Below, piece after piece: positions 29,354 to 39,877 of a stretch of DNA of 64,000 nt (positions are counted from its first letter, which is position 1; each line of letters begins with the position of its first letter). Under the pieces are notes generated by a model. It worked only from the letters and a program-made list of their open reading frames with translations, was not told the DNA's origin and ran no database searches. A program made the position numbers and the translations under genes. Source of the stretch: an uncultured Chloroflexia bacterium (GTDB lineage Bacteria; Chloroflexota; Anaerolineae; Caldilineales; Caldilineaceae); NCBI GenBank assembly GCA_963735275.1, contig CAVTKJ010000007.1:122083-186082 (forward strand), in the 5' to 3' direction.

Positions 29354-29683
29354 TCAGCCGTTGCCTTCCTGGCCAAGCATCCACCGGGCCACCTTGCCGG
29401 TGCGCGTCTTGGGAAGACTGTCGACGAAGATGAACTCGAGGGGCGGCGCATCACCGGCCATGGCCTCTTCCACGTGCGCCGTGAGCGCGGCGCGCTGCGC
29501 GTCATCGGCCGCCGCGCCCTCCTGCAGCACCACATAGACGCGCAGCGGCGCACCCTCTTCCGGCACGCCGCTTTGGGCTACGGCCTCCGCAACCGCCGGA
29601 TGCACGATGAGCGCCCACTCCACGCTCACAGTTCTGTTGTCGTTCTGCGGCTGTACGCCGCCTTGATCACTCAGCACCCGCAA
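29354..29683 (-). pseudogene. Orphan C-terminal fragment of an AMP-dependent acyl-CoA synthetase/ligase
   Basis: ORF 29354..29683. It contains only the AMP-binding_C-like tail: VEWALIVHPAVAEAVAQSGVPEEGAPLRVYVVLQ...FIFVDSLPKTRTGKVARWML. No adenylation domain lies upstream; the region 29690-29880 is non-coding. Confidence 0.55.
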
Positions 29684-29905
29684 TGCCTCCTATCCAACCT
29701 GGATCAGCAAATGCGCGCAACAGGTATGTTCTTCTCATGCGCCATATCGGGACTGCATTGCAGAATAGACTCATGCAGCCAAACTGACAAGGCGCGATGT
29801 GCGGCGCGGCAGACCCGAGTCCCATGCGTTTCCATTGCGGCCTGGTGTCCTTGCTTCAAGACCGGTTGCCCAAAATGAATGACGATCGAGCAAAGGAGGT
29901 CCTCA

Positions 29906-31119
29906 ATGCCCATTGAAGAAACGCTGCGCGCCTACCGCGCACAGGTGCAGGCCGAACTCACAGGCAACATTCTGCCCTTCTACGCCACTCACGTAGTGGA
30001 TGTGGTCCACGGCGGTTTCCATGGCTACGTGGAGAATGACGGCGCGGCCCGCGCCGACGCGCCGCGCGGCGTCATCCAGGTCGCGCGCATCCTGTGGACC
30101 TTTGCGCGCGCCTATCGCGTTCTGGGCGACACGGCGTGGCTCTCACCTGGCCGAACATGCGTACAGTGCGCTGACGGAACACTTTGTCGATCCAGTCCAC
30201 GGCGGCGTCTTCTGGATGACGGATTCGCAGGGCCGGCCGCTTGACGCCAAGAAGCTGATCTACGCCCAGGCCTTCACCATCTACGCCTGCGCCGAATACG
30301 CGCATGCAACCGGAGATACCGCCGCCCTGGCGCATGCACAGACGCTCTTTGCCTGGGTGGAGCGGCTGGCATGGAATGGGCAGCGCATGGGCTATGTGGA
30401 AGGACTGACCAGGGAGGGCGCGCCGGATCCCACATTGAGCGTCGACACGGTCTCGGGACCCGTGTCCTTCAGCATGAATACGCACCTGCACCTGCTGGAG
30501 GCATACACGACCCTCTTCGGCGTATGGCCGGACCTGGAGGTCAACAATGCGCTCCGCCGCTGCATGGACATTCTCTGCGCGCGTATCATCAATCCGCAGA
30601 GCGGCCATTTCGGTCTTCAGTTTGACGCGGCGTGGCGCCCCCTCAACGACCGCATCTCCTACGGCCATGACATCGAAGGGAGCTGGCTTCTGATGGAGGC
30701 GGCCGAAAGCCTCGACGACCGCGCCCTTGTCGATCAGGTGCTCCCGGCGGCGCTGCGGCTTGTGCGCAATACGTACACGTTTGGTCGCGACGCAGACGGC
30801 GGCCTCTTCAATGAGGGGGGCCCGGAAGGCGTGCGTGAGCACAGCAAGGATTGGTGGCCCCAGGCCGAGGCGATGGTAGGATTTCTCAACGGCTACCAGA
30901 TTGAGGGCGACCCACGCTCTCTCGACGCATCGCTCGCGGCCTGGCGCTACGTGCAGCGGCAAATCATCGATCCGGTCCATGGCGAGTGGTTCTGGGGACG
31001 CGAACGCGCAAGGTGTGGTCGTGCCGCAACAGAAGAGCGGCCCCTGGAAAGGCCCCTACCACAACGGCCGCGCATGCATGGAGATCATGCAGAGAATCGA
31101 CCAACTCGTGCAGCGATAG
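29906..31119 (+). CDS. AGE-superfamily epimerase, cellobiose/mannobiose 2-epimerase-like; frame broken near 30142 and 30998
   Basis: ATG 29906 follows AAAGGAGG. Three ORF pieces (29879..30244, 30000..31127, 30901..31119) join up. They read [27 protein letters not shown]..., then [24 protein letters not shown]...[11 protein letters not shown]...[12 protein letters not shown]...EWFWG, then [18 protein letters not shown]. Confidence 0.8.
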
Positions 31120-31178
31120 GCGCGTGAAAGGCGTCTCGATCGCCGATTGCACTCCGCCACAGATGTATACTGAACCCG

Positions 31179-31218
31179 GTCAACCAGTCAACCAGTCAAC
31201 CAGTCAACCAGTCAACCA
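31179..31218. repeat. Tandem 8-mer GTCAACCA x5
   Basis: Five exact contiguous units between the epimerase stop (31119) and the GH130 start (31271). GTCAACCA is contained in the reverse complement of the 16-mer array unit at 36110-36304. Confidence 0.95.
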
Positions 31219-31270
31219 ATTTTCGGTTATTCTTCATCGGTCGCCCATCCACCGCCCCACGGAATCCCCA

Positions 31271-32476
31271 ATGTCCCACTTCACCGACCGCGCGACCCAA
31301 TTGCGTCGCAACCACGAAGCGCTGCTTGCGCGCACCAATACTGTTGATCCCGCATGGGACAACGGCGTCTTCGAGCGCTATCTCCATCCCGTAGTCACGG
31401 CAGGCCATGTGCCGCTTGAGTGGCGCTATGACTTCGATCCTGCGGACAACCCCTGGCTGCTTGAGCGGCTGGGCGTCAACGCGGTCTTCAACGCCGGCGC
31501 CATCGAACTCGACGGCAGGATCTGCCTGGTCTGCCGGGTGGAGGGGTATGACCGCAAATCGTTCTTCGCCGTGGCCGAAAGCGCAACGGGGATTGACGGT
31601 TTCCGCTTTTGGGATGAGCCGGTTCTGCTTCCGGAAACAGATGACCCTGACATCAATGTCTATGACATGCGCCTGGTTCAGCACGAAGACGGCTGGATCT
31701 ATGGGCTGTTTTGCACCGAACGCAAGGATCCGGCCGCGCCGCCGGGCGACACCAGCAGCGCCACTGCACAAGGGGGCATTGTGCGCACACGCGACCTGCG
31801 CACGTGGGAGCGCCTGCCCGACCTGCGCACCGCCTCTCCGCAGCAGCGCAACGTTGTGCTCCATCCCACCTTTGTGAGCGGCCAGTATGCCTTCTACACA
31901 CGCCCGCAGGATGACTTCATCCAGGCGGGGAGCGGCGGCGGCATTGGCTGGGGACTTTCTCCCACCATGGACCACGCGGTGGTGGAGAATGAGATGGTCA
32001 TCGAGCCGCGCGCCTATCACACGATCAAGGAGGCCAAGAATGGCCAGGGCCCCGCGCCGATCAGGACGGAGCAGGGGTGGTTACATCTCGCGCATGGGGT
32101 GCGCAACACCGCGGCCGGGCTGCGCTATGTGCTCTACTTGTTCATGAGCGACCTCAGCGAGCCGTGGCGTGTGACGCACCGGCCCGGCGGCTATTTCATG
32201 GCGCCCGTGGGGACGGAACGGGTGGGGGACGTCTCCAATGTGCTCTTTGCCAACGGCTGGATTGCGCGTGCGGACGGCAGCGTCTTCATCTACTATGCCT
32301 CGGCTGATACGCGCGTTCATGTGGCCACTTCGAGCATTGACCGGCTGGTTGACTATGTCTTGAATACGCCAGAAGACGGGCTGCGATCGACAACAAGCGT
32401 GCAGGCGCGGCTGGCGCTCATCGACAAGAATCGCGCGCAAGGACACGCGCCCACATCAAGCGGGGAGGCCGCATGA
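31271..32476 (+). CDS. GH130 4-O-beta-D-mannosyl-D-glucose phosphorylase-like
   Basis: In-frame ATG 31271 within ORF 30986..32476 (MSHFTDR...). Long collinear blocks characteristic of GH130 subfamily 1: [109 protein letters not shown]. Confidence 0.9.
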   Translation: MSHFTDRATQLRRNHEALLARTNTVDPAWDNGVFERYLHPVVTAGHVPLEWRYDFDPADNPWLLERLGVNAVFNAGAIELDGRICLVCRVEGYDRKSFFAVAESATGIDGFRFWDEPVLLPETDDPDINVYDMRLVQHEDGWIYGLFCTERKDPAAPPGDTSSATAQGGIVRTRDLRTWERLPDLRTASPQQRNVVLHPTFVSGQYAFYTRPQDDFIQAGSGGGIGWGLSPTMDHAVVENEMVIEPRAYHTIKEAKNGQGPAPIRTEQGWLHLAHGVRNTAAGLRYVLYLFMSDLSEPWRVTHRPGGYFMAPVGTERVGDVSNVLFANGWIARADGSVFIYYASADTRVHVATSSIDRLVDYVLNTPEDGLRSTTSVQARLALIDKNRAQGHAPTSSGEAA

Positions 32477-34954
32477 CGATCGTACAGCAGCTGGATTCAC
32501 AGGAAGGCAGTTGGGAGTTTCGCGATGCAGGGGGAGATGACTGGCTGCCGGCCTCGGTGCCAGGCTGCGTTCACACGGATTTGATGGCCGCAGGCAAGAT
32601 TCTCGACCCATTCGTGGCGGATAACGAACTTGGCGTGCAGTGGGTGGCGCGCAAGGATTGGGAGTACCGGCGCACGTTTGTGTGCGACCCCGAGCTGCTT
32701 GACGGGGGCCAGCCTGTCGAACTCGTCTGCGAAGGACTCGACACGCTGGCGACGGTCTTCGTCAACGGCCTCGCAGTAGGCTCGGCCGATAACATGTTTC
32801 GCACCTGGCGTTTTGACGTCACCCATGCGCTGCGGTCCGGCGCCAATGAACTGCGCGTGCGTTTCGCCTCCGCCGTGGAGTGGTGCGCCGCGCGTGCCGC
32901 CGAGCGGGCGCTCCCGCAGGCCAACGAGTTCTTCCCGGGCGCGCCCAACCTGCGCAAGGCGCCCTATCACTTTGGCTGGGATTGGGGCCCCATGCTGCCG
33001 ACGGCGGGCATCTGGCGAACGCTGCGCCTCGAGGCCGGCGCGCGCCTGACTGATGTCCACCTGCGTCAGGTTCATGCGGAGGGGGCCGTGACCGTTGTCG
33101 CGGAGGTTGCTGCAGAGGCGCAGATGAACTGGCGCACACAGATGCGCATCACTTCGCCCGGCGGCGCGGTGTTGGAAAGCGAAGCGCCCCTTGAAGGAGG
33201 CAGCGCTGTTGTGGAGATTGCGATCGCCGACCCGCAACTCTGGTGGCCGAATGGCCTTGGCGAACATCCGCTCTATCAGGTTGAGGTACTTCTCATCAAT
33301 GGAGAAGGCCGCGAACTCGACAGACGCACTATGCGCATCGGCCTGCGCACAATCGAACTGCGCCAGGAAGCCGACAAGTGGGGGCGATCCTTCACCTTCG
33401 TCGTCAACGACGTTCCCCTCTTCGCCAAAGGGGCCAACTGGATCCCCGCCGATTCCTTTCCGAGCCGCGTTACCCCTGCGATCTACGCGAATCTGCTTGG
33501 CGCCGCAGCCGCTGCCCACATGAACATGATCCGCGTATGGGGCGGCGGCATCTACGAGGACGAAGCTTTCTACGACCTCTGCGACGAGCAGGGACTGCTG
33601 GTCTGGCACGATTTCATGTTCGCCTGCTCGGTCTACCCCTTCCACGATCCCGCCTTTCTCGACACCGTCGCGCATGAAGTTGCCGACAATGTGCGCCGCG
33701 TTCGCCACCGCGCCTGCCTCGCGCTCTGGTGCGGCAACAACGAGATGGAGGCAGGCTGGGTTGGTTGGGGCTGGAACCGCCCCGATACACAAGACCTCAA
33801 ACAGGCCGACCAGCGTTTCTTCTACGAGATTCTGCGTGACCAACTGGCCGATCTTGATCCCGACAACGCGTATTGGCCCAGTTCACCTTCCTCCGGCCTG
33901 CCCCACACCGCGCCGCAGAGCGATCAGACCGGCGATACCCATCGCTGGGAGGTATGGCACGAGTTGCTTTCCTACTCACACTACCGCAAGCAGACCCCAC
34001 GCTTCGTCAGCGAGTTCGGTTTTCAGTCGCTGCCGCCGCTGGAAACCATCTCGACCTACGCCCCGCCGGCAGCGTGGAACATGACTTCGTACCTCATGGA
34101 GCATCACCAGCGCAACACCGACGGCAACGGGCGCATCGTCGCCTATCTCACGCGCACCTTTCAGTTGCCGCGGGACTTCCCTGCGCTCGTCTACCTCACC
34201 CAGGTGCAGCAGGCCGAGGCCATGCGCACGGGGGTGGAGCATTGGCGGCGGCAGTGGCCACGCACGGCAGGCGCGCTCTACTGGCAGATCAACGACTGCT
34301 GGCCTGTCGCATCCTGGTCGAGCATTGACAGCTTTGGGCGGTGGAAGATGCTGCACCACGCGGCGCGCCGTTTCTTTGCGCCGCTGCTTCTATCGGTGGA
34401 AGACGAGGGCATGGTGATGTCAGTCTGGCTCAACAACGACCTCCCCACGCCGTGGACGGGCACTGTGCGCTGGAGCGTCGAAACGCTTGAGGGTGATCCA
34501 CTCGCACAGGATGAAGTTGACGTTGCGATTGACGGCGTCTCGTCACAAATGCTTTGCCGCGTGGATTGTGCGGCCCTTGTGCCCGAGGGCGCGGCGCCGG
34601 CGCGAAACGATCTTCGTCGCCGAACTGCGCGACGAATCAGGTGCGCGCATTGGGATGTGTGTTGCGCCCTTCGCACCCAACAAGCACGTGGCCCTGCGCG
34701 ACCCGCAGATCCGGACGACAATTGAGGAGGCGGGCGACAGCATCCTGCTGCATCTCGAAGCGCGCTCGCTTGCGCGCTTCGTCGATCTGTCGCTGGAAGG
34801 TGTTGAAGCCGCGGAGGTGATCCCGAGCGACAACGGCTTCGACTTGCCCGCAGGGCGGCCCTGCACGATCACGCTGCCGCGCCCGGCCGGATGGGGTCGC
34901 AACGAGGTCCAGACCGCGCTGCGCATCCGCAGCCTGCGCGACAGCTATACCTAA
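32473..34954 (+). CDS. GH2 beta-mannosidase; frame broken once near 34595
   Basis: The ATG overlaps the GH130 stop (ATGA). ORF 32473..34725 carries the GH2 sugar-binding, Ig-like and TIM-barrel regions ([46 protein letters not shown]). The true C-terminus continues in ORF 34487..34954 ([17 protein letters not shown]...). No signal peptide. Confidence 0.85.
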
Positions 34955-34987
34955 AGGGAAATCGGGCTGAAAACCACAGCTACTACG

Positions 34988-35114
34988 AACATCTCAACGC
35001 AAAGACGCGGAGGCCGCAAAGGAGCGCAGAGGAAGAGCAACTGCCTGAGGTGAGTCAAGTCGTTGCAGTTCTTTGCGATTCTTGGCGTCCTCCGCGTCTT
35101 TGCGTTGAGCTGTT
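34988..35114. repeat. Family A element, copy c (127 bp)
   Basis: AACATCTCAACGCAAAGACGCGGAGG...CCTCCGCGTCTTTGCGTTGAGCTGTT. It begins 34 nt after the beta-mannosidase stop and ends 33 nt before the YitT start. Confidence 0.9.
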
Positions 35115-35146
35115 CGTGGTGCTGTTGTTCTTTAGCCGGTACGCCC

Positions 35147-36079
35147 ATGTCGAAAGGCTCTTGCTTGGCAACGCAGCCTCCCACATCCCCGAAACCACCC
35201 GGACTGATCCGCCGCGAATGGCGCAATGTGCTGCTGCTGGTTGCGGGCGTCACGGTGCAGGCGTTCGCCTATGCGGCGTTCCAGGTGCCGTACAACATTG
35301 CTGCGGGCGGCATCAGTGGGCTGAGCCTCGTCGTCAACAATTTCCTTCCCAACATTCCCGTTGGAACGATCTACTTCCTTCTCAATGTGCCCCTCTTTGT
35401 GCTTGGCTTTTTCAATCTGGGGCGCTGGCAATTCCTTGCCAAAACGCTTGCCGCCGTCACCCTCTTCTCGGTGCTCACCAATGTCTTTGTCGCCGCGCTG
35501 CCGCAGGTGGTGAGCCAAACGCCGCTCACGCAGAACATTCTGCTCAGCGCACTCTACGGGGCGATTCTGGGCGGGTTGGGTGGGGGGCTCATCTATCGCT
35601 CAGGGGCGAGCGCAGGCGGCACGAGCATCCTCGGGCGTGTGGTGCAGTTGCGCACCGGCATTCCGCTCAGCCAGGTGCTGCTCATGACGGACGGCATCAT
35701 CGTCGCCCTCATGGGGCTGGTCTTTGGCTGGGAAAACGCGCTCTACGCCCTGCTGATGCTCTTCCTCTGGGGCATGGCCGCCGACTATGCGCTCGAAGGT
35801 CCCGGAACTGTGCGCACAGTGACGATTGTCACCGAGCAGCCCGAGCCGGTCATCCTCGCGCTGCGTGAGCAACTGGGGCGCACGGTGAGCCACTGGCCCG
35901 TTACCGGCGGCTACAGCGGCGCGCCCAGGCAGATGCTCTTCTGCACGGTTCACCGGCCGCAAGTGGAGCAGCTTCGGCGCGTCATCCTTGCGGCAGACCC
36001 AAACGCGTTCTTCGTGGTGGGCGATGCGCACAACGCCGTGGGAGGTGGCTTTGGGGGCGTGCGGGGGGAGAGGCCGTGA
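35147..36079 (+). CDS. YitT-family membrane protein with C-terminal DUF2179 domain
   Basis: In-frame ATG 35147 within ORF 35063..36079. Motifs: AFAYAAFQVPYNIAAGGISGLSLVV, GGTSILGRVV. The C-terminal soluble domain TIVTEQPEPVILALREQLGRTVSHWPVTGGYSG is DUF2179-like. Confidence 0.8.
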   Translation: MSKGSCLATQPPTSPKPPGLIRREWRNVLLLVAGVTVQAFAYAAFQVPYNIAAGGISGLSLVVNNFLPNIPVGTIYFLLNVPLFVLGFFNLGRWQFLAKTLAAVTLFSVLTNVFVAALPQVVSQTPLTQNILLSALYGAILGGLGGGLIYRSGASAGGTSILGRVVQLRTGIPLSQVLLMTDGIIVALMGLVFGWENALYALLMLFLWGMAADYALEGPGTVRTVTIVTEQPEPVILALREQLGRTVSHWPVTGGYSGAPRQMLFCTVHRPQVEQLRRVILAADPNAFFVVGDAHNAVGGGFGGVRGERP

Positions 36080-36109
36080 GGGTGACTGATAATTGAGAAT
36101 TGATGATTG

Positions 36110-36304
36110 GGGTGATTGGTTGACTGGGTGATTCGTTGACTGGGTGATTGGTTGACTGGGTGATTGGTCGACTGGGTGATTCGTTGACTGGGTGATTCGT
36201 TGACTGGGTGATTCGTTGACTGGGTGATTGGTTGACTGGGTGATTGGTGATTCGTTGACTGGTTGATTCGTTGACTGGTGATCGTGACTGGTGATTCGTT
36301 GACT
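36110..36304. repeat. Tandem array of about 12 units of the 16-mer GGGTGATT(G/C)GTTGACT
   Basis: Starts 31 nt after the YitT stop. Units 1-8 are exactly 16 nt (36110-36237). The last four are degenerate or partly deleted. There are no spacers between units. Confidence 0.95.
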
Positions 36305-36420
36305 GCCGAGAACGGATGAACGTTGATCTGCGCCGGGGGGTGCGCAACGTTCATTGACAGGGGGCCAAGTCCGCGATATCCGCATACCCGATCCGCGTCT
36401 CGCAATTGCACGGATGCTTG

Positions 36421-36499
36421 CGTAGCGGGGGGCTTCCAGCCCTCCGTTTCAAGATCGGGTTAAGCGAGCGGCCGGAGGGCGCGGAAGCCCTCCGCTACG
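36421..36499. repeat. Family C GC-rich palindrome, copy C1 (imperfect)
   Basis: CGTAGCGGGGGGCTTCCAGCCCTCCG (36421-36446) faces CGGAGGGCGCGGAAGCCCTCCGCTACG (36473-36499). The left arm is identical to copy C2. Confidence 0.85.
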
Positions 36500-36576
36500 C
36501 AGCCCCGCACCTCTGCGCAACGTGCGTTACCAATTCTCAGTTATCATTTCTCAGTTGTCACTGTCTCCACCATCAC

Positions 36577-37633
36577 TCACTTGTCCACCCGCGCAACGCC
36601 CGGCAGATCGAGGATCCAGTCGGGGCCGTAGGCTGTGGCGGGGGTTTGGTAGCCAGGGGGTGCGTTGCCTGCGAGCACCTGTTCGGCAATCCAGACGGCG
36701 GCCAGTGCGGTCAGCGTGTAGGCTTCCGGCGCAGTGAGGAGGCTCTCGACGGCGCGGCCGTCGGCTGTTTCGGCGCGACCCCACACGGTGGAGTGCGCGG
36801 CGGCGCGTTCGGCGTCGGTGGGGCCGGCCGCGCGGGCGTGAATGCGGTACTTGAGGAAGTCGCGCAGCGTGGATGAACGCAGGATCGGCCCGAAGTAGCG
36901 CCCAGCTTGCATGGCGCGCACCATGTTCGGCCTGGCCGCCATGTAAACCTCGATGTTCGGGATGCCCGTACTCACCCAGGCGGTGCTCACATCGCCCCAG
37001 GGGATGAGCACGGCGTCGCGCGGCCCTGTCCCGAAATCCACGGTACGCGTGCGCGAGGCCGGCGGCACGGTCTTGAGTGCGCCATCCTCGCGCACAACGC
37101 CCATGACCCCCGTTGCCATGGACTCGACGGCAGTCGCTGCGGTGCCGCGCGAGACGCCTGCCATGCCACGGAAGGCCAGCGTGAGGCGGTGGGCATCGGG
37201 CAGCCGGCGCTTGAGGTGGGCGGCGAGGCAATCCGTGGGGACCACGTCGAAACCCGCTCCCGGCAGAACCATGATGCCTGCCGCGCGAATCGCTGCGGAT
37301 TGGGCAGCCAACGCTTCAAAGACGCTGATCTCGCCGGTGATGTCGACATAGTGGATACCGCGACGCATGCATGCCTCGACCATGGGCTGCGCGGTGTACA
37401 TGAAGGGGCCGGCGCAATTGAGTACGAGGGCCACGTCCTCGAGGCCGGCGTCAATTGTCTGCCGGGTCATCCAGGGTGAAGATGCGGTGCGGCAGGTGGA
37501 GTTCGTTGGCTTCGACGATCACCTGCGTGGCGCTGCGCCCTGCCAGGATGGGCTTCAGGCCTCTCTCCAGGGCCGCGCGTGCAATGAGCGCACCAGAGTA
37601 ACCGTTGGCGCCGTAGATGAGGAGTTCTGCCAT
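36577..37633 (-). CDS. Saccharopine dehydrogenase-like NAD(P)-binding oxidoreductase; frame broken once near 37463
   Basis: ORF 37451..37654 (from ATG 37633: MAELLIYGANGYSGALIARAAL) plus ORF 36577..37470 (LVLNCAGPF...GIHYVDITGE...VLPGAGFDVVPTD). Confidence 0.8.
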
Positions 37634-37687
37634 GGGGAAAGTTCCAGACACCAAAGGGAAACCAGGATGATATCCGCACTTACTGCG

Positions 37688-37814
37688 AACATCTCAACGC
37701 AAAGTCGCAGAGGGCGCAAAGGAACGCAGAGGAAAAGCAACTGAATGGTATTCGTAGATTCGTTGCAGTCCTTTGCGTTTCTTTGCGTCCTCCGCGTCTT
37801 TGCGTTGAGATGTT
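37688..37814. repeat. Family A element, copy d (127 bp)
   Basis: AACATCTCAACGCAAAGTCGCAGAGG...CCTCCGCGTCTTTGCGTTGAGATGTT, between two minus-strand genes. Confidence 0.9.
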
Positions 37815-37834
37815 GATCTGGTGCCGGAGTGATT

Positions 37835-38770
37835 CTAGACAGGCTCGGCCAGGTAGTTGGCAACGGCCGGATTGGCGGCAAGTTCTTCGGCCACGTGGAC
37901 GGGCAGCCCCACAAGCGGCGGGCGCACGGTGCGCCAGGAGGGGTCATCCCAGCGGCGCGCGACGATCTCCTTGAGCGCCGCAATGACGGGGAAGGGAGCC
38001 AGCGCCGTGCGCAGCGCATTGAGGTCGTCCTGAATCTGGTCCGCCTCGGGCGATTGCCACTGGTCGTACAAGTTGCGAATTGGGCCCGGGATAATGTTGG
38101 CCAGCGCCGTGATCGTCCCCACGCCGCCGCTGCGCAGCGTCTGCAGCAGCAACTTTTCCGAACCGGCAAAGGTGCCGAAGCCGGGGAACTGCTCGAGCAG
38201 CACGGTCAGATTCTGCACATCGCCCGAACTGTCCTTGATCCCCACCACCGTCTGCGGGAAGATGCTCTTGAGCCGCTCAATGAGTGCCGGGCTGAAGCCC
38301 ACCTGCGCAATCGGCGGGATATGGTAGAGGTAGACACGCAACCTGTCATCGGCCACGCGGTCAATCACCTCGGCCACGGCGCGGAAGATGCCTTCGTCGC
38401 TGATGCCCTTGTAGTAAAAGGGGGGCAGCATGAGCACGCCGCCGCACCCGGCTTCGGTGGCATGGCGGGCGAGCATGGTCGTATCGGTGAAGGCGCAGCA
38501 GCCCACGCCCACAATCATCTGAGCGGGGGGCAGGCCGCCGTCAATCATGGCTTCAAGCGTCTGCATACGCTCTGCGGCGGAGAAAGAGTTGGCCTCGCTG
38601 GTCGTGCCGAAGGGCGCGAGGCCATGGCAGCCATTTTCGAGCAGCCAGCGCCCATGCGCAACCAGCCGTTTGGCGTCAGGCGCATAGGTATCGGTGACGG
38701 GGGTGAGAATCGGCGCGTAGACGCCGCGCATGGGTTCGGGTCGAATCATGTTGCCAGGCTCCAGGTTCAT
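37835..38770 (-). CDS. Dihydrodipicolinate synthase/N-acetylneuraminate lyase-family aldolase
   Basis: ORF 37835..38770. Motifs: GVYAPILTPV, GLAPFGTTSE, YLYHIPP, and the Schiff-base lysine block VVGIKDSSGD. The specific substrate cannot be called. Confidence 0.8.
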   Translation of the reverse strand: MNLEPGNMIRPEPMRGVYAPILTPVTDTYAPDAKRLVAHGRWLLENGCHGLAPFGTTSEANSFSAAERMQTLEAMIDGGLPPAQMIVGVGCCAFTDTTMLARHATEAGCGGVLMLPPFYYKGISDEGIFRAVAEVIDRVADDRLRVYLYHIPPIAQVGFSPALIERLKSIFPQTVVGIKDSSGDVQNLTVLLEQFPGFGTFAGSEKLLLQTLRSGGVGTITALANIIPGPIRNLYDQWQSPEADQIQDDLNALRTALAPFPVIAALKEIVARRWDDPSWRTVRPPLVGLPVHVAEELAANPAVANYLAEPV

Positions 38771-38897
38771 TGCACGTTGGGAATGCGAAATGGTGCGGGT
38801 TTTGCCCTCATTCTAGCACATGGCAGCGCCGCTGTGCGCCGAACGCTCAATCGAAGGTACAATAGGCCAAACTTCCTGACAACGAAAGGCGTAATCC

Positions 38898-39877
38898 ATG
38901 AAAGTACTGGTCACTGGCGGTGCAGGCTATATCGGTTCCATTGTGGTGGAGGAACTTGTCGCGGCAGGCGAGGAGGTCGTCGTCTTCGATAACCTCTACC
39001 AAGGGCACCGCGCGGCTGTACACCCGGACGCCATCTTTGTGGAGGGGGACCTGCACAACCGTGCGGCAATTGACACCGCGTTGGCGGCGCATCGGCCGGA
39101 TGCAATCATGCACTTCGCCTCCTACACACTTGTCGGTGAATCCATGGAGCAGCCGCTCAAGTATGTGGGCGACAATGTGCTCTGCGGCATCAATCTCTTT
39201 GGCAGCGCGGTGGAAAACGGCGTGCGGCGGGTGATTGTCTCGTCGACGGCCAACCTCTTCGACGATCCGGAGCGCATGCCGATTGACGAGGATGAGCGCA
39301 TTGTACCCGGCAGCCCCTACGGCGAATCCAAGTACATGCTTGAGCGCATCCTCTACTGGCTTGACCGCACCGACAAGCTTCATTACGGTGCGCTGCGCTA
39401 CTTCAACGCCGCCGGCGCGAGCCCGACGCCGCGGCGAGGACCATGCGCCGGAGATGCACATCATTCCCCTTGTCCTGCAGGTGGCCATGGGCCAGCGCAA
39501 GTCGATCAAGATCTTTGGCGACGACTACCCGACGCGCGACGGCACCTGCGTGCGCGACTACATCCACGTGCTGGACCTGGCGCAGGCGCACATTCTTGCC
39601 CTGCGCGCGCTCGATGCGGGCAGCCGCACCTACAACCTGGGCAACGGCGAAGGCTTCACCGTGCGCGAGGTTATCGAGATGGCGCGTGAGATTACCGGTC
39701 ACCCGATTCCCGCCGAAGTTGTGGCGCGCCGCCCTGGTGACCCGGCAATCCTCATTGCCAGCAGCGACAAGATTCGCCGCGAACTGGGCTGGACGCCCCA
39801 GCTACGCCGACCTGCGCTCGATTTTGGAGAGCGCGTGGATCTGGCACTCGACCCACCCGGACGGCTACGGCGCGTAG
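38898..39877 (+). CDS. galE: UDP-glucose 4-epimerase; frame broken near 39428 and 39801
   Basis: [25 protein letters not shown] (YxxxK) and RYFNAAGA are in ORF 38898..39689. [14 protein letters not shown]...[14 protein letters not shown]...RRPGDPA is in ORF 39235..40101. [22 protein letters not shown] is in ORF 39443..39877. Confidence 0.85.

Noticed and set aside
36110-36304. Possible CRISPR array
   Set aside because: The units are contiguous 16-mers with no unique spacers. There is no leader and no cas genes anywhere in the window.
35600-36411. Minus-strand ORFs encoding QSTNHPVNESPSQRIT-type repeats, which look like a repeat protein
   Set aside because: The repeats are simply the translation of the 16-bp tandem DNA array at 36110-36304. 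The rest of these ORFs is antisense to YitT. A 16-nt period is not a multiple of 3, so the peptide repeat drifts through frames.
36551-37479. Alternative-frame ORFs 36551..37231(-), 36907..37479(+), 36987..37454(-)
   Set aside because: They overlap the saccharopine-dehydrogenase-like gene, which has clear Rossmann and family motifs. The alternatives are Arg/Pro/Ala-rich with no motifs.
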